A stretch of DNA of 64,000 nucleotides from a bacterium (lineage in GTDB: Bacteria; UBP15; UBA6099; JAJRTR01). The notes below the pieces were generated by a model. It was given only the letters and a program-made list of their open reading frames with translations, had not been told where the DNA came from and did no database searches. Positions 44,352 through 54,290 of this stretch are shown here, piece by piece. Location: positions 6,716 through 70,715 of the forward strand of contig JAJRTR010000140.1 of NCBI GenBank assembly GCA_024278215.1, given 5' to 3'. Position 1 is the stretch's first letter. Each line of letters begins with the position of its first letter. The translations under genes were made by a program, and so were the position numbers.

Positions 44352-45104
44352 TTATCCAAGCTCGTCGATAAGGCGTTTCATCGCCGCGGGCGGGTCGTCG
44401 GCACCGGTTATCGGTCTGCCGATAACGATATAGCTCGCGCCCCTGTCGAATGCTTCCCGGGGTGTGACAACGCGCTTCTGGTCGCCCTTTGCCGCCCATG
44501 CGGGCCGTATGCCGGGTGTGACGATAATGAAATCGTCAGGAAAATACTCGCGAAGCATGGCGAGCTCCAGCGCGGAAGCCACGACCCCGTGCAGCCCGGC
44601 GCGCCCGGCGACCATCGCAAGATTTCGGACAAGTTTCGGTATCGAATGCCCTATCTGCAAGTCTTCGCGCAGGGTGTCTTCGTCGATACTTGTAAGGATT
44701 GTTACGCCGAGCAACTTCAGTTCGGAGCCGGAGACATCCACAGCCTCGCGCGCGCGGTTCATCATTTCGTAGCCACCCATAGTGTGCAGGGTGGTCAGGC
44801 TTACCGGGCCTGCCGCAGTGATCGAGTCCACCGATCTGCCTACCGTGTTCGGGATGTCGTGGAGCTTCAAGTCTAGGAAAACATTTTTCCCGGCCGCCGC
44901 CAGCATGTCCAGCGTCCGGCTGCCGTCACGTATAAAAAGTTCGAGACCGACCTTGTAATATGTCACGAGACCGCCCAGCAACTCGACCATCTTTGCCGCG
45001 TGATCGTAGCCCGGTAGATCGAGCGCGACTATTACGCGATCCTTCCTGTTTCCCATTTTCGCATTCATAGGCCGCATTTTAACATCCGCCGCTTCTTTAT
45101 TCAA
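44352..45104 (-). CDS. pyrF: Orotidine-5'-phosphate decarboxylase
   Basis: VIVALDLP, YKVGLELF, FLDLKLHDIPNTV and IVIGRPIT motifs. The exact start is uncertain (TTG 45104 or the ATG codons at 45077/45056). Confidence 0.85.
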   Translation of the reverse strand: MNKEAADVKMRPMNAKMGNRKDRVIVALDLPGYDHAAKMVELLGGLVTYYKVGLELFIRDGSRTLDMLAAAGKNVFLDLKLHDIPNTVGRSVDSITAAGPVSLTTLHTMGGYEMMNRAREAVDVSGSELKLLGVTILTSIDEDTLREDLQIGHSIPKLVRNLAMVAGRAGLHGVVASALELAMLREYFPDDFIIVTPGIRPAWAAKGDQKRVVTPREAFDRGASYIVIGRPITGADDPPAAMKRLIDELG

Positions 45105-45217
45105 TCTTTCAGATGCCGGTGTCTCTTCATGGACTTTTCCCAGAAAAATATGTCCGTGTTGCTTGTGCTGTGTTGTTAATGTAATCTCGGATTATAATAT
45201 GGAATGGAGTACATGCC

Positions 45218-47500
45218 ATGTTACAGATAAGACGTTTTTTGTCTCTAATAATAGTTATGCTGGTGCTGCATGGCGCTTCCGCATTGTGCAAACCGGTTCG
45301 AGTCGAAATGCTGCGTGCCGCAGGTAACCTCGACGCAGGGTACAGGGACGGTAACCTCGTGTTGCAGATACAGTTGAAAAACTACTCCGCGACGACCGCC
45401 GCTGTCGTTGTCGACGCAGAGTTGCGAGACCCCCACGGCGGCACCATTACCGCGACGGCAACTAGGTCGTTCGAACTGCCTGCGGGCGCCGCAAAGTCTT
45501 TCACGATGAAAAAGGTAGTCGAAAGACCGGCGAAATGGACTGCCGAAACTCCAGCCCTGTATTCACTTACACTCAGGCTTACTGTCGACGGCAAACTTGA
45601 GTCAACGGTGCGCCGTAAAGTCGCTTTCCGCAAAATCGAAGTGGACGGCGTGTCGCTGATCGTCAACGGCGTACATGTGAAACCACGCGGGGTTGATCTG
45701 CGACAGATTCCCGTCGTGCGCGACGGGACGCTCGCCGGCGAAGACCTGGCGCGGGACATCCGCATGATGAAAAAAGCCAATATCAACACTGTGCGGACTT
45801 CGCACTATCCGCCGCCTCCCGAGTTTCTCGAACTTTGTGACCGCTACGGATTATATGTCGTCGGCGAGATGTCTTTCGGCTCCGGCGACGAACTGCTCCG
45901 CTTTCCAAACTTCCGGCCACTGCCCGAAAAACGGGTTCGTGCGACTTACACGCACGTCATATTCGGCAGCGACGGCATCGTGGACGAAGACCGTACACCT
46001 CAGCCGGAGTTCTACGAAGTCAAAAAAACATACACGCCGCTCTTCATTACAGACAGGGAAATCGCCGTGCGGCCCGGTCAGGCGAAGATCACAATCAATC
46101 TCGAAAACCGCTATGATTTCACGAACCTGCACGGCATGAAATATTACTGGAAACTGCTCCGTGACTACGACGAGATAAACAACGGAACGGGCCAATACGG
46201 ATGGATACCGCCCCACGCGACAGGCACGCAGACACTGGACCTCGACTTCCCGGCGCGTGTATATATCGGCTCGGTTTATGTGTTGCGTATCGTCACCTAC
46301 GACAGCGGCGGCGTCAACACTGATGTCACGCAGCTCAGGCTCGTTCCGAAAATCGACATCGGCGCGGCGTTGACATTCGACAAAGAATACTCGATAAGCC
46401 CGATGCCGCCGCCCGCCCGCGCGAAGATTGCGAACAATATGAAGGCCACCCGCGAATTGCGCATTTCTCTCAATGTTTATCGCAAAGACAGGCTGATCGC
46501 CGAAAAGCAATTGGACTTTGCCGCCGCGCCCGGTGCGGGAAACACGATACGATTTGAAAACTGGTGGAAACAGATGCCCGTGCTGCCCATGTACGGCGAG
46601 ATCAGCGCGGAACTCGACGTGTGCGCGAAAGACGGATACTGTGCTGTCGCCACAGCAGTCTATCACCAGGCGCGGAAACTGAAAATATTCCGCAAAGAAT
46701 CCTACGTGATTGTACGCAACGAATCGTTCGATGTGCGACTGGACACACGCACCGGACTCATTTACGCATTCAGGGCAGGCGATATGTTCGACCGGATAAG
46801 CGGCCCCGAATTGAACGCATGGAGACCGCCGCACGTTGTCGAGCTGACGCCGCCGTCATTCGAGTCATACCCGATGTTCCCGCTGCACGAAGACCTCGAA
46901 CCGAAAGCTGAAGGTTTTTCCATCAAACAGCACACCGACGAATCGGTCGTCATCGAATCTCGTGTGCGATACGCCGATGCTGACAACCCGTCGGGCTATT
47001 TTATTGTCAATTACAAATATAACATCCTTTGTTCGGGCGAAGTGGACGTCGAGTACGTAATCGAACCTGCAATCGGCGAACAGAAGCTGCTCGAACTCGG
47101 CGTGCGGTTCCGGTTCCCGCCATACTACGACAAGCTCACCGTCACAGGCCGCGGTCCCGACACATACCCGCATTCTATCAAAGGCACGGAAACATCATTC
47201 CTCGGAAAAATGCGGCTGATAGCCGGCGCGAGTTGGTTCGAGTCGAACAAAACAGAAGTGTCGAGAGTCGATCTTGACGGCGGAAAAACAAAAATCCGGT
47301 TCGAGCCGGGCGCACCCGACAAAAAGCGCGACAGCAACACGCGTGCCGATCACAACAGCGAAGAAACCATACTTTATTTCAATCCGTGGGTGCAGAGCCC
47401 GACGATGGCGAAAAGCGAGCGGCGGCCCGGATACGCGATTGTCGTTCGTGACGGCGAAAAGTTCCACGGCGAGATCAAAGTCCGGTTTCTTGTGGATTGA
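45218..47500 (+). CDS. Secreted GH2 (LacZ-like) homolog lacking the sugar-binding N-domain and the catalytic core of the TIM barrel
   Basis: Signal peptide. WTAETPALYSLTL, FRKIEVDG..LIVNG..V..RGV, ANINTVRTSHYPPPPEFLELCDRYGLYVVGE and DRTPQPEFYEVKK align with LacZ landmarks. Only about 105 aa separate RGV.. from DRTP (about 240 in LacZ). Confidence 0.65.
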   Translation: MLQIRRFLSLIIVMLVLHGASALCKPVRVEMLRAAGNLDAGYRDGNLVLQIQLKNYSATTAAVVVDAELRDPHGGTITATATRSFELPAGAAKSFTMKKVVERPAKWTAETPALYSLTLRLTVDGKLESTVRRKVAFRKIEVDGVSLIVNGVHVKPRGVDLRQIPVVRDGTLAGEDLARDIRMMKKANINTVRTSHYPPPPEFLELCDRYGLYVVGEMSFGSGDELLRFPNFRPLPEKRVRATYTHVIFGSDGIVDEDRTPQPEFYEVKKTYTPLFITDREIAVRPGQAKITINLENRYDFTNLHGMKYYWKLLRDYDEINNGTGQYGWIPPHATGTQTLDLDFPARVYIGSVYVLRIVTYDSGGVNTDVTQLRLVPKIDIGAALTFDKEYSISPMPPPARAKIANNMKATRELRISLNVYRKDRLIAEKQLDFAAAPGAGNTIRFENWWKQMPVLPMYGEISAELDVCAKDGYCAVATAVYHQARKLKIFRKESYVIVRNESFDVRLDTRTGLIYAFRAGDMFDRISGPELNAWRPPHVVELTPPSFESYPMFPLHEDLEPKAEGFSIKQHTDESVVIESRVRYADADNPSGYFIVNYKYNILCSGEVDVEYVIEPAIGEQKLLELGVRFRFPPYYDKLTVTGRGPDTYPHSIKGTETSFLGKMRLIAGASWFESNKTEVSRVDLDGGKTKIRFEPGAPDKKRDSNTRADHNSEETILYFNPWVQSPTMAKSERRPGYAIVVRDGEKFHGEIKVRFLVD

Positions 47501-47622
47501 AGCGCCACGGGACAAGCAGAATATCGAAATATCTCACGTTCACTTCCACTGTAGGTTTTCCGACAAACACGGTTGTTGAGATTGCACGGGAAAAAAACTT
47601 GACGTTTAAAATGTTTTCCCTT

Positions 47623-47650
47623 TTGCATCGGCGGGTAAATCATATATAAT
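47623..47650 (+). promoter_or_regulatory. Sigma70-type promoter candidate
   Basis: TTGCAT - 16 nt - TATAAT, about 40 nt upstream of ORF 47689. Confidence 0.5.
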
Positions 47651-47688
47651 AGAGCCTGTTGTAATGTTATGTTTGTCGCGAAAACCCC

Positions 47689-48843
47689 GTGATTATCGTT
47701 TTGGCGCGTAGACGCGGGATCACTTATATGTTAAGAATATACCATAATTCATCCGGACATCGCCCGGACGAGTGGAGGCTTTTGGGAAAGGGCGTCTTCC
47801 GCATATTGAAACAGTCTGCAATATCCATAGCGATAGTTTTGTGTGTCTTGATTCCAGCCGCGCACGCTATGATCCCTTCGGAAGTCGAGGGAGTCTCGCT
47901 CATTCTAGGCCGGGATGAAGACACGCTCGTTATGGAGATGACGGAGCAACGCGACCCGCGTGTTTCACGCTACGGCGTGCAGCAACGGATCGTCATCGAC
48001 TTCCAGGAAACTGAAGCGGCCTATTCGCTCAAGCGGCTGATCGAAGGCAAACGCGGCGGCTGCGTCGAAAAGTTCGAGGTGCAGGAGTTCGAACGCACCG
48101 GTGTGATCGACCCTGTTTTCGCGCCGTCATATAAGAAAAACATCAAATCCACTCTGCTTGTCGCCTACATCGAAAGAGGTGTGGACGTGGACATGGAAGT
48201 GACGGGCAACCTGATTACGGCTCGCTTCTATCGTATTGACGAAGCATACAAACAAAACAGGCCCGCTCCCGTAAATGAACTCCTGGACATTTCGTTCGAC
48301 AAACAGGGCGATACAGAATTTCTCGGTTTCGAGACGAGCTACGGCGACCTGCCGGAACTTTATGAAACCAGGGACCCCTACAGGATACTCATCACTTACA
48401 GGAATACACACTTGAGCGAAAAAGTTGAAAACCAGAGATACAGATACATGGAAACGCCGGGTCTGTATCGCATTGAAATATTCGGCACAGGCAGTCTGCC
48501 CGATCCATACCCCGGCATCGACAACGCCGGCCAATACCACTTTGTCGGCATATCCTCGCCGCTCGCCGTGACCGAGTACGAGGACCGTATCCGCGGCCTG
48601 CAGAGCAACGAGGTCGCCATTGCGATATTTCCGGCAAGGAATGTCGAATACTCGATCGTCCGCCGCCACGGCAAGAATTTCGAGATCGCTTTTAAGAAAC
48701 GCTACAAGTTTGCCGAGGACCAGCAACTGAAAATGAAGGAAGCCTGCCGCGTATTCACCGACAAAAAACCTGAAGAATCCACCGGTTACTATGATGTTGA
48801 AGACGAGCATGGCCGCACCATAGATTTCCTCTCCGGCGAATAA
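47689..48843 (+). CDS. Hypothetical envelope protein (384 aa)
   Basis: Long ORF with a hydrophobic segment AISIAIVLCVLIPAAHA. No family recognised. Start (GTG 47689 or ATG 47728) uncertain. Confidence 0.55.
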   Translation: MIIVLARRRGITYMLRIYHNSSGHRPDEWRLLGKGVFRILKQSAISIAIVLCVLIPAAHAMIPSEVEGVSLILGRDEDTLVMEMTEQRDPRVSRYGVQQRIVIDFQETEAAYSLKRLIEGKRGGCVEKFEVQEFERTGVIDPVFAPSYKKNIKSTLLVAYIERGVDVDMEVTGNLITARFYRIDEAYKQNRPAPVNELLDISFDKQGDTEFLGFETSYGDLPELYETRDPYRILITYRNTHLSEKVENQRYRYMETPGLYRIEIFGTGSLPDPYPGIDNAGQYHFVGISSPLAVTEYEDRIRGLQSNEVAIAIFPARNVEYSIVRRHGKNFEIAFKKRYKFAEDQQLKMKEACRVFTDKKPEESTGYYDVEDEHGRTIDFLSGE

Positions 48844-48860
48844 CAAAATCCGATAAAAAC

Positions 48861-49121
48861 ATGGGGGCACTAAGAATAGAATTTGAAGGAGCGGTATATC
48901 ACATTGCTGCAAGAGGCAACCATCGTGAGCATATTTACCGCGATGCAATGGATAGACAAAGATTTATCGCGCTCATGCAGAGATATAAGGAACGCTATTC
49001 CGTAAATATCTACGCGTATGTTCTGATGGACAATCATTATCAAATGGTCATCGAAACCCCGCTTGGGAATCTGACGAAATTCATGCTTGGACTCCAGTCG
49101 CATTACACAAATTACCGGTAA
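48861..49121 (+). pseudogene. Truncated IS200/RAYT-type Y1 (HUH) transposase remnant
   Basis: IEFEGAVYHIAARGNHREHIYRDAMDRQRFIALM...VNIYAYVLMDNHYQMVIETPLGNLTKFM matches the N-terminal ~85 aa of REP-associated tyrosine transposases. The HUH motif is altered (HYQ) and the catalytic-Tyr region is absent. Confidence 0.65.
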
Positions 49122-49191
49122 CTAACAGGCTAAAGTATCACTATAATTCCTATGCACGTCTCGTGCGTGTCTCGCCGGAATCCTCTTCTCG

Positions 49192-51060
49192 TCAATCACC
49201 GCGAAACGCATCTGCTATCGCAAGCAGGATAAAAGCGGGAAAGGCTTTCATGCGGGCTATACGCGCGGGATCGTTCAGCAATCGCCACATCCACTCCAGG
49301 CCGATCTTCTGCAACAGCTCCGGAGCACGGCGAACATCACCGGCTAAAACGTCGAACGACCCGCCCACCCCAATAAATACCGATGCGTTTATCTTATCTT
49401 TGTTGTCCCTTATCCAGCGCTCCTGCAGCGGGAAACCCATGCCGACGAGAACTGCGTGCGGCCTGGAATCATTGATTTTCTTTATTACGACATCGGGGTC
49501 TACGTCTTTAAGGTAGCCGTGATGCACGCCCGCAATCAGTGGCCTGTCCGGGTGTTCGCTCAATCTCTTTTCCACTTTTTCGATAACTTCGGGTTTTGCC
49601 CCGATGAGAAACAGCCTGAAGCCCTGTCGCCGTGATTGCTCCATCAGGTGAGTCATCAAGTCGATGCCGGTCACAGGTTCGATCCGCCGCCGGTATTTCA
49701 AAAGCGCCGTTATTCGCGGGCCGACACCGTCGGGTGTGTTCACCGCATCTCCGGTCAACAGTTCCATACATTCTTTATCATGCCGCGCACGCATGATTAT
49801 TTCCGTGTTCACGGTCACCAGATGCAGCTTTGTCTGTGTCTGGGCCGCATACATGATCTTTCGCAGTGTGCCGTAGAAGCCGAGGCGGCAAAGCGGAATC
49901 CCAAGGATGTTGAACGTGGACGACGTGCCTGTTTCCTTCAGGGTCCGGCTCAACCCCGCGAGTGAAGATTTCACTATTTCAATATTATTCGACGTAAGCT
50001 CTTTGAGTCTCCGTATCGAGTCCGCCCTGCCGTCGCCCATCAGTTCCTTTATCATTTTTGTGACTTCCAGCGGTGTCGCGTGCGCCGGATTCGGCACGAG
50101 AGGCTGCCCGCACGATTTCGCGAACGCGGTAACTTTCGGGTCATAAGGAAGTGCGACAAACGGCACCCCGGCGAGCGTGGAAAGCACGAGCGAGTGGAGC
50201 CTCATTCCGATCATTACATCAATCCTGCACAAGTATTGAATCATTTCACGGGCCGAGAGAGGACTGCCCTTCATCTCACCTGCAATTATCACGTTCATAT
50301 CCGGCGCGGAGCGTCTCATGTCTTCGGCGAACCTGTTCATCGGGGCAACGTCCTGGTCGCCGTCACAGACGAAAAGATGCGGCTCGACTTCATATTCTTC
50401 AGTGAGCCTCAACGCGCAGCCCTGGATGACGCCGCTGATGTGTTCGAGTCGGTCTGTCGGTCTCAGCGAAACACCGATACGTAATATGCGCTTACCTGAT
50501 TTTTCCGATATTCCGGTCAGTTTATCCTGTGTTGTTTTATGTTGTACGTCGCGCCCTAGAAGGAAAACGATATCCGCCGTTTTTTTGACTTTTGCCGCGT
50601 CCGCTCCGATCTCGTCGAGCAATCGAAGCGACATCTCGTCGCGCACTGTCATTCTTTCGCACTGCCCGACCGCACGCGCCACCAGCTTCGCCGACCACTT
50701 CCTGTTGATAGGCCCGATACCCTGCGAGAGCATATACACGGGCCGCCGCCCGAATAGCCGCGCGGCACCGAGCAGAAAACTATAAAACAGATTGTTCTTT
50801 ATACCTGTGGCGTCCTGAAGCAACCCGCCGCCGGGTGCCACCACCACATCACACCACTGCACCGCCGAGATTATCGCCAAGGGGTTCATCTTGTCTACTT
50901 CTCGAACATTATGCCGCTTTTTCGTTTCACCGGAGTTAGCCGTCAACACTCGAAAATCAGGCATGTCGAATTCACTCTGAGCCCATTCGAGAAACGACTC
51001 GAGTATCGCCTCGTCCCCGAGGTTGTTTTGTCCGAAATATCCGATTACAAATATATTCAT
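49192..51060 (-). CDS. Fusion: polysaccharide pyruvyl transferase (CsaB-like) + WecG/TagA/CpsF-family (GT26) glycosyltransferase
   Basis: N-terminus MNIFVIGYFGQNNLGDEAILES (CsaB type). C-terminus VNTPDGVGP...FLIGAKPEV...LVGMGFPLQERW...GVGGSFDVLAGDVRRAP...GLEWMWRL (GT26 type). Confidence 0.75.
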   Translation of the reverse strand: MNIFVIGYFGQNNLGDEAILESFLEWAQSEFDMPDFRVLTANSGETKKRHNVREVDKMNPLAIISAVQWCDVVVAPGGGLLQDATGIKNNLFYSFLLGAARLFGRRPVYMLSQGIGPINRKWSAKLVARAVGQCERMTVRDEMSLRLLDEIGADAAKVKKTADIVFLLGRDVQHKTTQDKLTGISEKSGKRILRIGVSLRPTDRLEHISGVIQGCALRLTEEYEVEPHLFVCDGDQDVAPMNRFAEDMRRSAPDMNVIIAGEMKGSPLSAREMIQYLCRIDVMIGMRLHSLVLSTLAGVPFVALPYDPKVTAFAKSCGQPLVPNPAHATPLEVTKMIKELMGDGRADSIRRLKELTSNNIEIVKSSLAGLSRTLKETGTSSTFNILGIPLCRLGFYGTLRKIMYAAQTQTKLHLVTVNTEIIMRARHDKECMELLTGDAVNTPDGVGPRITALLKYRRRIEPVTGIDLMTHLMEQSRRQGFRLFLIGAKPEVIEKVEKRLSEHPDRPLIAGVHHGYLKDVDPDVVIKKINDSRPHAVLVGMGFPLQERWIRDNKDKINASVFIGVGGSFDVLAGDVRRAPELLQKIGLEWMWRLLNDPARIARMKAFPAFILLAIADAFRGD

Positions 51061-51189
51061 ATCAATTTATTGTCCGGTCGAATATAGTACTTGTTCATTG
51101 CCGGTGCCGCAAGTACATGTTAATGGTCGCTTCTCAATAATATCCCGAAATCGAGTGTTTTTATGTAAAAAAACAGAATTCATCAGGAC

Positions 51190-51223
51190 GACATTCCAAC
51201 AAAGGAATGTCTTTTTATTTTTT
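51190..51223 (+). terminator. Orphan rho-independent terminator-like hairpin in a divergent intergenic region
   Basis: GACATTCC-AACAAA-GGAATGTC followed by TTTTTATTTTTT. No annotated + strand gene ends here. Confidence 0.45.
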
Positions 51224-51358
51224 GCCGGGGTATCTTTTGAGGTGAGAAGTCACCGCAGGCGTACTTGTTTTGATTATCCCATCTATTTTTCATTTATCAT
51301 TTAACCGATTGAAAATCAATGATATAATTTTTTCTCGTTGTGAAAAGGAGATCCGCCT

Positions 51359-53032
51359 GTGAAAAAAATAATATTTGTGATGTGCGCGGCGCTCACGCTA
51401 TGTGCTGCGAAATTCGCCTTTGGCGCCGAATGCGACCCTGCGGCGGCGGCGAAAATCTACCCCTATCCTCAGAAGGCCTGCCTCGGCGCGCCTGTCGCGC
51501 TTCCCGACAACATCGAAATAAGATTCATCACGGGAACCGATCTGCCCGGCGACATATACGAACGTTACACAGGCTGGCTCGGCGACTATGGTGTCCGGCA
51601 GTCGGATACGTCCGGCAGCGTGTTGCTTTTCACACCCTGCGCGCCAAAACACAAAAGTGAGTTCCGGCAGGAAGGCTACGAGATCGAGATCTCCGCGTCG
51701 CCATTTCGCATCAGGGTATCGGCCGCTGCGGAAACGGGTTTCCTCTACGCGCTTTTCACCCTCCAGGATATGACCGATGAAAACGGAATGATATATACCG
51801 GCACAGTTGAAGACTGGCCCGTGTTCTACTATCGTGGAGTGCTCGAGGGCGGATACAGTGTCTGGGGGCACAAGCAGCGTCTGGACGTTGTAAAGTGGAT
51901 AGGCCGCATGAAGATGAATATTTTCATGTACGGCCCGAAAGAAGGCTACTACTATCGCCGCAGGTGGCGCGAACCATTCTCCGAGGAAGCGCTTGCGGAA
52001 TTCAAGGAATACATCGACGCGTGCCGCAGGAACCGGGTGGCTTTCAACCTGGCGCTCTCGCCCGCTCTGTCCATCGAACACTCGAATCCGAATGAAATCA
52101 AGTTGCTTATCGACAAATACCGTCAGATACAGGAGTTGGGTGTAAACCAGTTTTCCATATTTTTCGACGATGTTCTGCCGATTCTCGCGCACGAGTCCGA
52201 CCGCACAGTCTACCACCACATCGCCGAGGCGGAAGCAGACGTAACCAACAAGGTGCTGGCCGGACTGAGAGAGAAAGACCCGACCGCGCGCCTCGCATTC
52301 TGTCCGCGCCAGTACTGGGGCTGGTATCCCACGAAGTATATCGCCATCCTGCGCGCAAAACTCGACCCCTCCATATCCATCGGCTGGACGGGAGAACAGA
52401 TCGTCTCAAAAAAAGTTACTGTCGGTGATGTCGAGAATTTCATAAATGTATGGGGCCGCCGTCCTGCTATCGGTGAGAATTATTCTCCTTTCGGCCCACT
52501 CCGCAACAGGGAACCCGGCATAAGCAAACTGTTCAACAGTTATCTTAACAATCCCTACGCTTTCGCCGACGATGACGAAGCGCAACTCTCGAAATTCATC
52601 GACGCAACTATCGGCGATTTCGCGTGGAATCCATACGCTTACGATCCGGACCGCTCGATGCTCCAGGGCACACGGCAACTGGCGAAAACTGAAAAAGAAA
52701 AGGACGCGCTCGTGCTGGCGCTCGCGCTCGACAAAGAACCCGACATCGTTTCCGGGTTCCTGACGGAACTCCAGCAGCTTGCCGCAGGTGTCGAAAACGG
52801 AGACAACGGCGCAGCCGGAATAATCGTTAAAAAGATTGAAAGCGCCGGTCTTACAAACGGCTTCCCGAGGAAAACGGTCAACCCGATGCTGGTCGAGCAA
52901 CTGAAACCTTTCTATGAGAATGCCGAGAAAAAGATTTCGACCGCATACAGTGCCGCAAAGGCGATCAGCGCGGGCGACGACAGTGCGGAGAAAGTCGACG
53001 CGCTGAAATCCGCTTTGCAAAAAGGGAAATAA
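51359..53032 (+). CDS. GH84-family beta-N-acetylglucosaminidase (O-GlcNAcase-like), secreted
   Basis: GTG start after AAAGGAG. Signal peptide. YYRGVLEGGYSVWGHKQRLDVVKWIGRMKMNIFMYGPKEGYYYRRRWREPF and the catalytic-pair context SIFFDDV. Confidence 0.7.
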   Translation: MKKIIFVMCAALTLCAAKFAFGAECDPAAAAKIYPYPQKACLGAPVALPDNIEIRFITGTDLPGDIYERYTGWLGDYGVRQSDTSGSVLLFTPCAPKHKSEFRQEGYEIEISASPFRIRVSAAAETGFLYALFTLQDMTDENGMIYTGTVEDWPVFYYRGVLEGGYSVWGHKQRLDVVKWIGRMKMNIFMYGPKEGYYYRRRWREPFSEEALAEFKEYIDACRRNRVAFNLALSPALSIEHSNPNEIKLLIDKYRQIQELGVNQFSIFFDDVLPILAHESDRTVYHHIAEAEADVTNKVLAGLREKDPTARLAFCPRQYWGWYPTKYIAILRAKLDPSISIGWTGEQIVSKKVTVGDVENFINVWGRRPAIGENYSPFGPLRNREPGISKLFNSYLNNPYAFADDDEAQLSKFIDATIGDFAWNPYAYDPDRSMLQGTRQLAKTEKEKDALVLALALDKEPDIVSGFLTELQQLAAGVENGDNGAAGIIVKKIESAGLTNGFPRKTVNPMLVEQLKPFYENAEKKISTAYSAAKAISAGDDSAEKVDALKSALQKGK

Positions 53033-53046
53033 AAAAACACCGAAAG

Positions 53047-54030
53047 TTGAGTCACATGTTGATAATTAAAAGAGAAAATATTTTTGTAATTTTAACGATG
53101 ATAATCGGGCTGGCCGCCGCCGCGCGCCCGGCAGCCGCGCAGGTGATGCCCGACGACATATTCGACAATTGCCCGGAGGCTTTCGGCGACACGCTCAACG
53201 ATGTGCCCCCGGATATTCACAGCGTCGAGATCACGCCCGCAGCACCGGCACCCGGCGAAACGGTGACCGTCAGGGCGCAAATAATGACCGACAAATGGCT
53301 GACCGTTTATAAGGTTGAAAACGCCGTACTCACTTATATCGCCGGAGAAGCCGCCGCGCCGGTGGATGTCGAAATGAAACTTGCGGAACCCGGCAATTGG
53401 ATATGGGAAGCACAAATCCCCGGACAGCCCGAAGGCACTGTAGTCAAGTATGGAATCACAGCTCATGACGGCACGGGCAACGCGGTCGTGCAGCTTATCG
53501 AAACAGCGGGTTTCGAGCCGGGCCGCTTCACAGATGTGCTGGCCGACAAAGAGAACAAAGATATCGAAGGTTCGCTCGACCTGCTGGGACTTGCGATGAT
53601 GTCCGACGGAGAGAATTATTACTATTGCGAGGAATTCAGAACGCAGTTCAAATGGGCCACCTTCCGGGGTGCGGCGATCACCGGCGTCGGCTTCTATCCA
53701 CAGGATGTACGTGTCATTCCGGCCCATAGCATCACCGAAAACACTAACGCCTTCATAGGCTATGTCCCGGCTATCGGCATCAAGTCGATTATCGGCCTGA
53801 ATAATCTGAAAAACATAACCCAGGGCATCCCTGTTTCCATCAAAGTCAAGGGGAATAAAGTGTGTGGCAGGACGAAAATATCGGACCTCACGGACAAACC
53901 TGAACGCGGGCTGAAGATGTTCGCCGCCACTGCTGCTTACGACTTCAACGGCACTGGCAAACTCAATCTCAGCGACTCGACGCCTTATGCTATTGTGTAC
54001 TTCAAAGCAAATAAGTATATTGTGAAATAA
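53047..54030 (+). CDS. Secreted hypothetical protein (327 aa)
   Basis: Signal peptide FVILTMIIGLAAAARPAAAQ. Beta-rich. No family recognised. TAA stop 12 nt before MITE copy D. Confidence 0.55.
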   Translation: MSHMLIIKRENIFVILTMIIGLAAAARPAAAQVMPDDIFDNCPEAFGDTLNDVPPDIHSVEITPAAPAPGETVTVRAQIMTDKWLTVYKVENAVLTYIAGEAAAPVDVEMKLAEPGNWIWEAQIPGQPEGTVVKYGITAHDGTGNAVVQLIETAGFEPGRFTDVLADKENKDIEGSLDLLGLAMMSDGENYYYCEEFRTQFKWATFRGAAITGVGFYPQDVRVIPAHSITENTNAFIGYVPAIGIKSIIGLNNLKNITQGIPVSIKVKGNKVCGRTKISDLTDKPERGLKMFAATAAYDFNGTGKLNLSDSTPYAIVYFKANKYIVK

Positions 54031-54042
54031 CGGCAACCATTC

Positions 54043-54220
54043 GAGCCAATTGCAAAATCATGTTCGTAGCGAGGTCGAGCTAAATTGTTCAGAGCAAGGC
54101 GGATGTGTAAAATCCTCGCAGACGTACTTGTAGAGTACGTCGAGGACGATTTTATGCCGACAACGCAGCTATGGACAATAGCAGCCGACCGCAGCAGAAT
54201 CAGAATTTTGAAATTGGCTC
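54043..54220 (+). mobile_element. MITE-like foldback element, copy D (178 bp)
   Basis: GAGCCAATTGCAAAAT ... ATTTTGAAATTGGCTC. Flanked by direct repeat ATTC/ATTC. Lies between two + strand genes. Confidence 0.85.
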
Positions 54221-54290
54221 ATTCACAAAGGTGATTAACGTAATTGTTTGCAACTGTTTATCCTCCCGGCAGAGGCAACGAGGTGATACG

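Noticed and set aside
47588-47624. Terminator after the GH2-like gene (GGGAAAA...TTTTCCC + TTTT)
   Set aside because: The stem is only 7 bp with a 19-nt loop, and it overlaps the candidate promoter region of the next gene. It is too weak to call.
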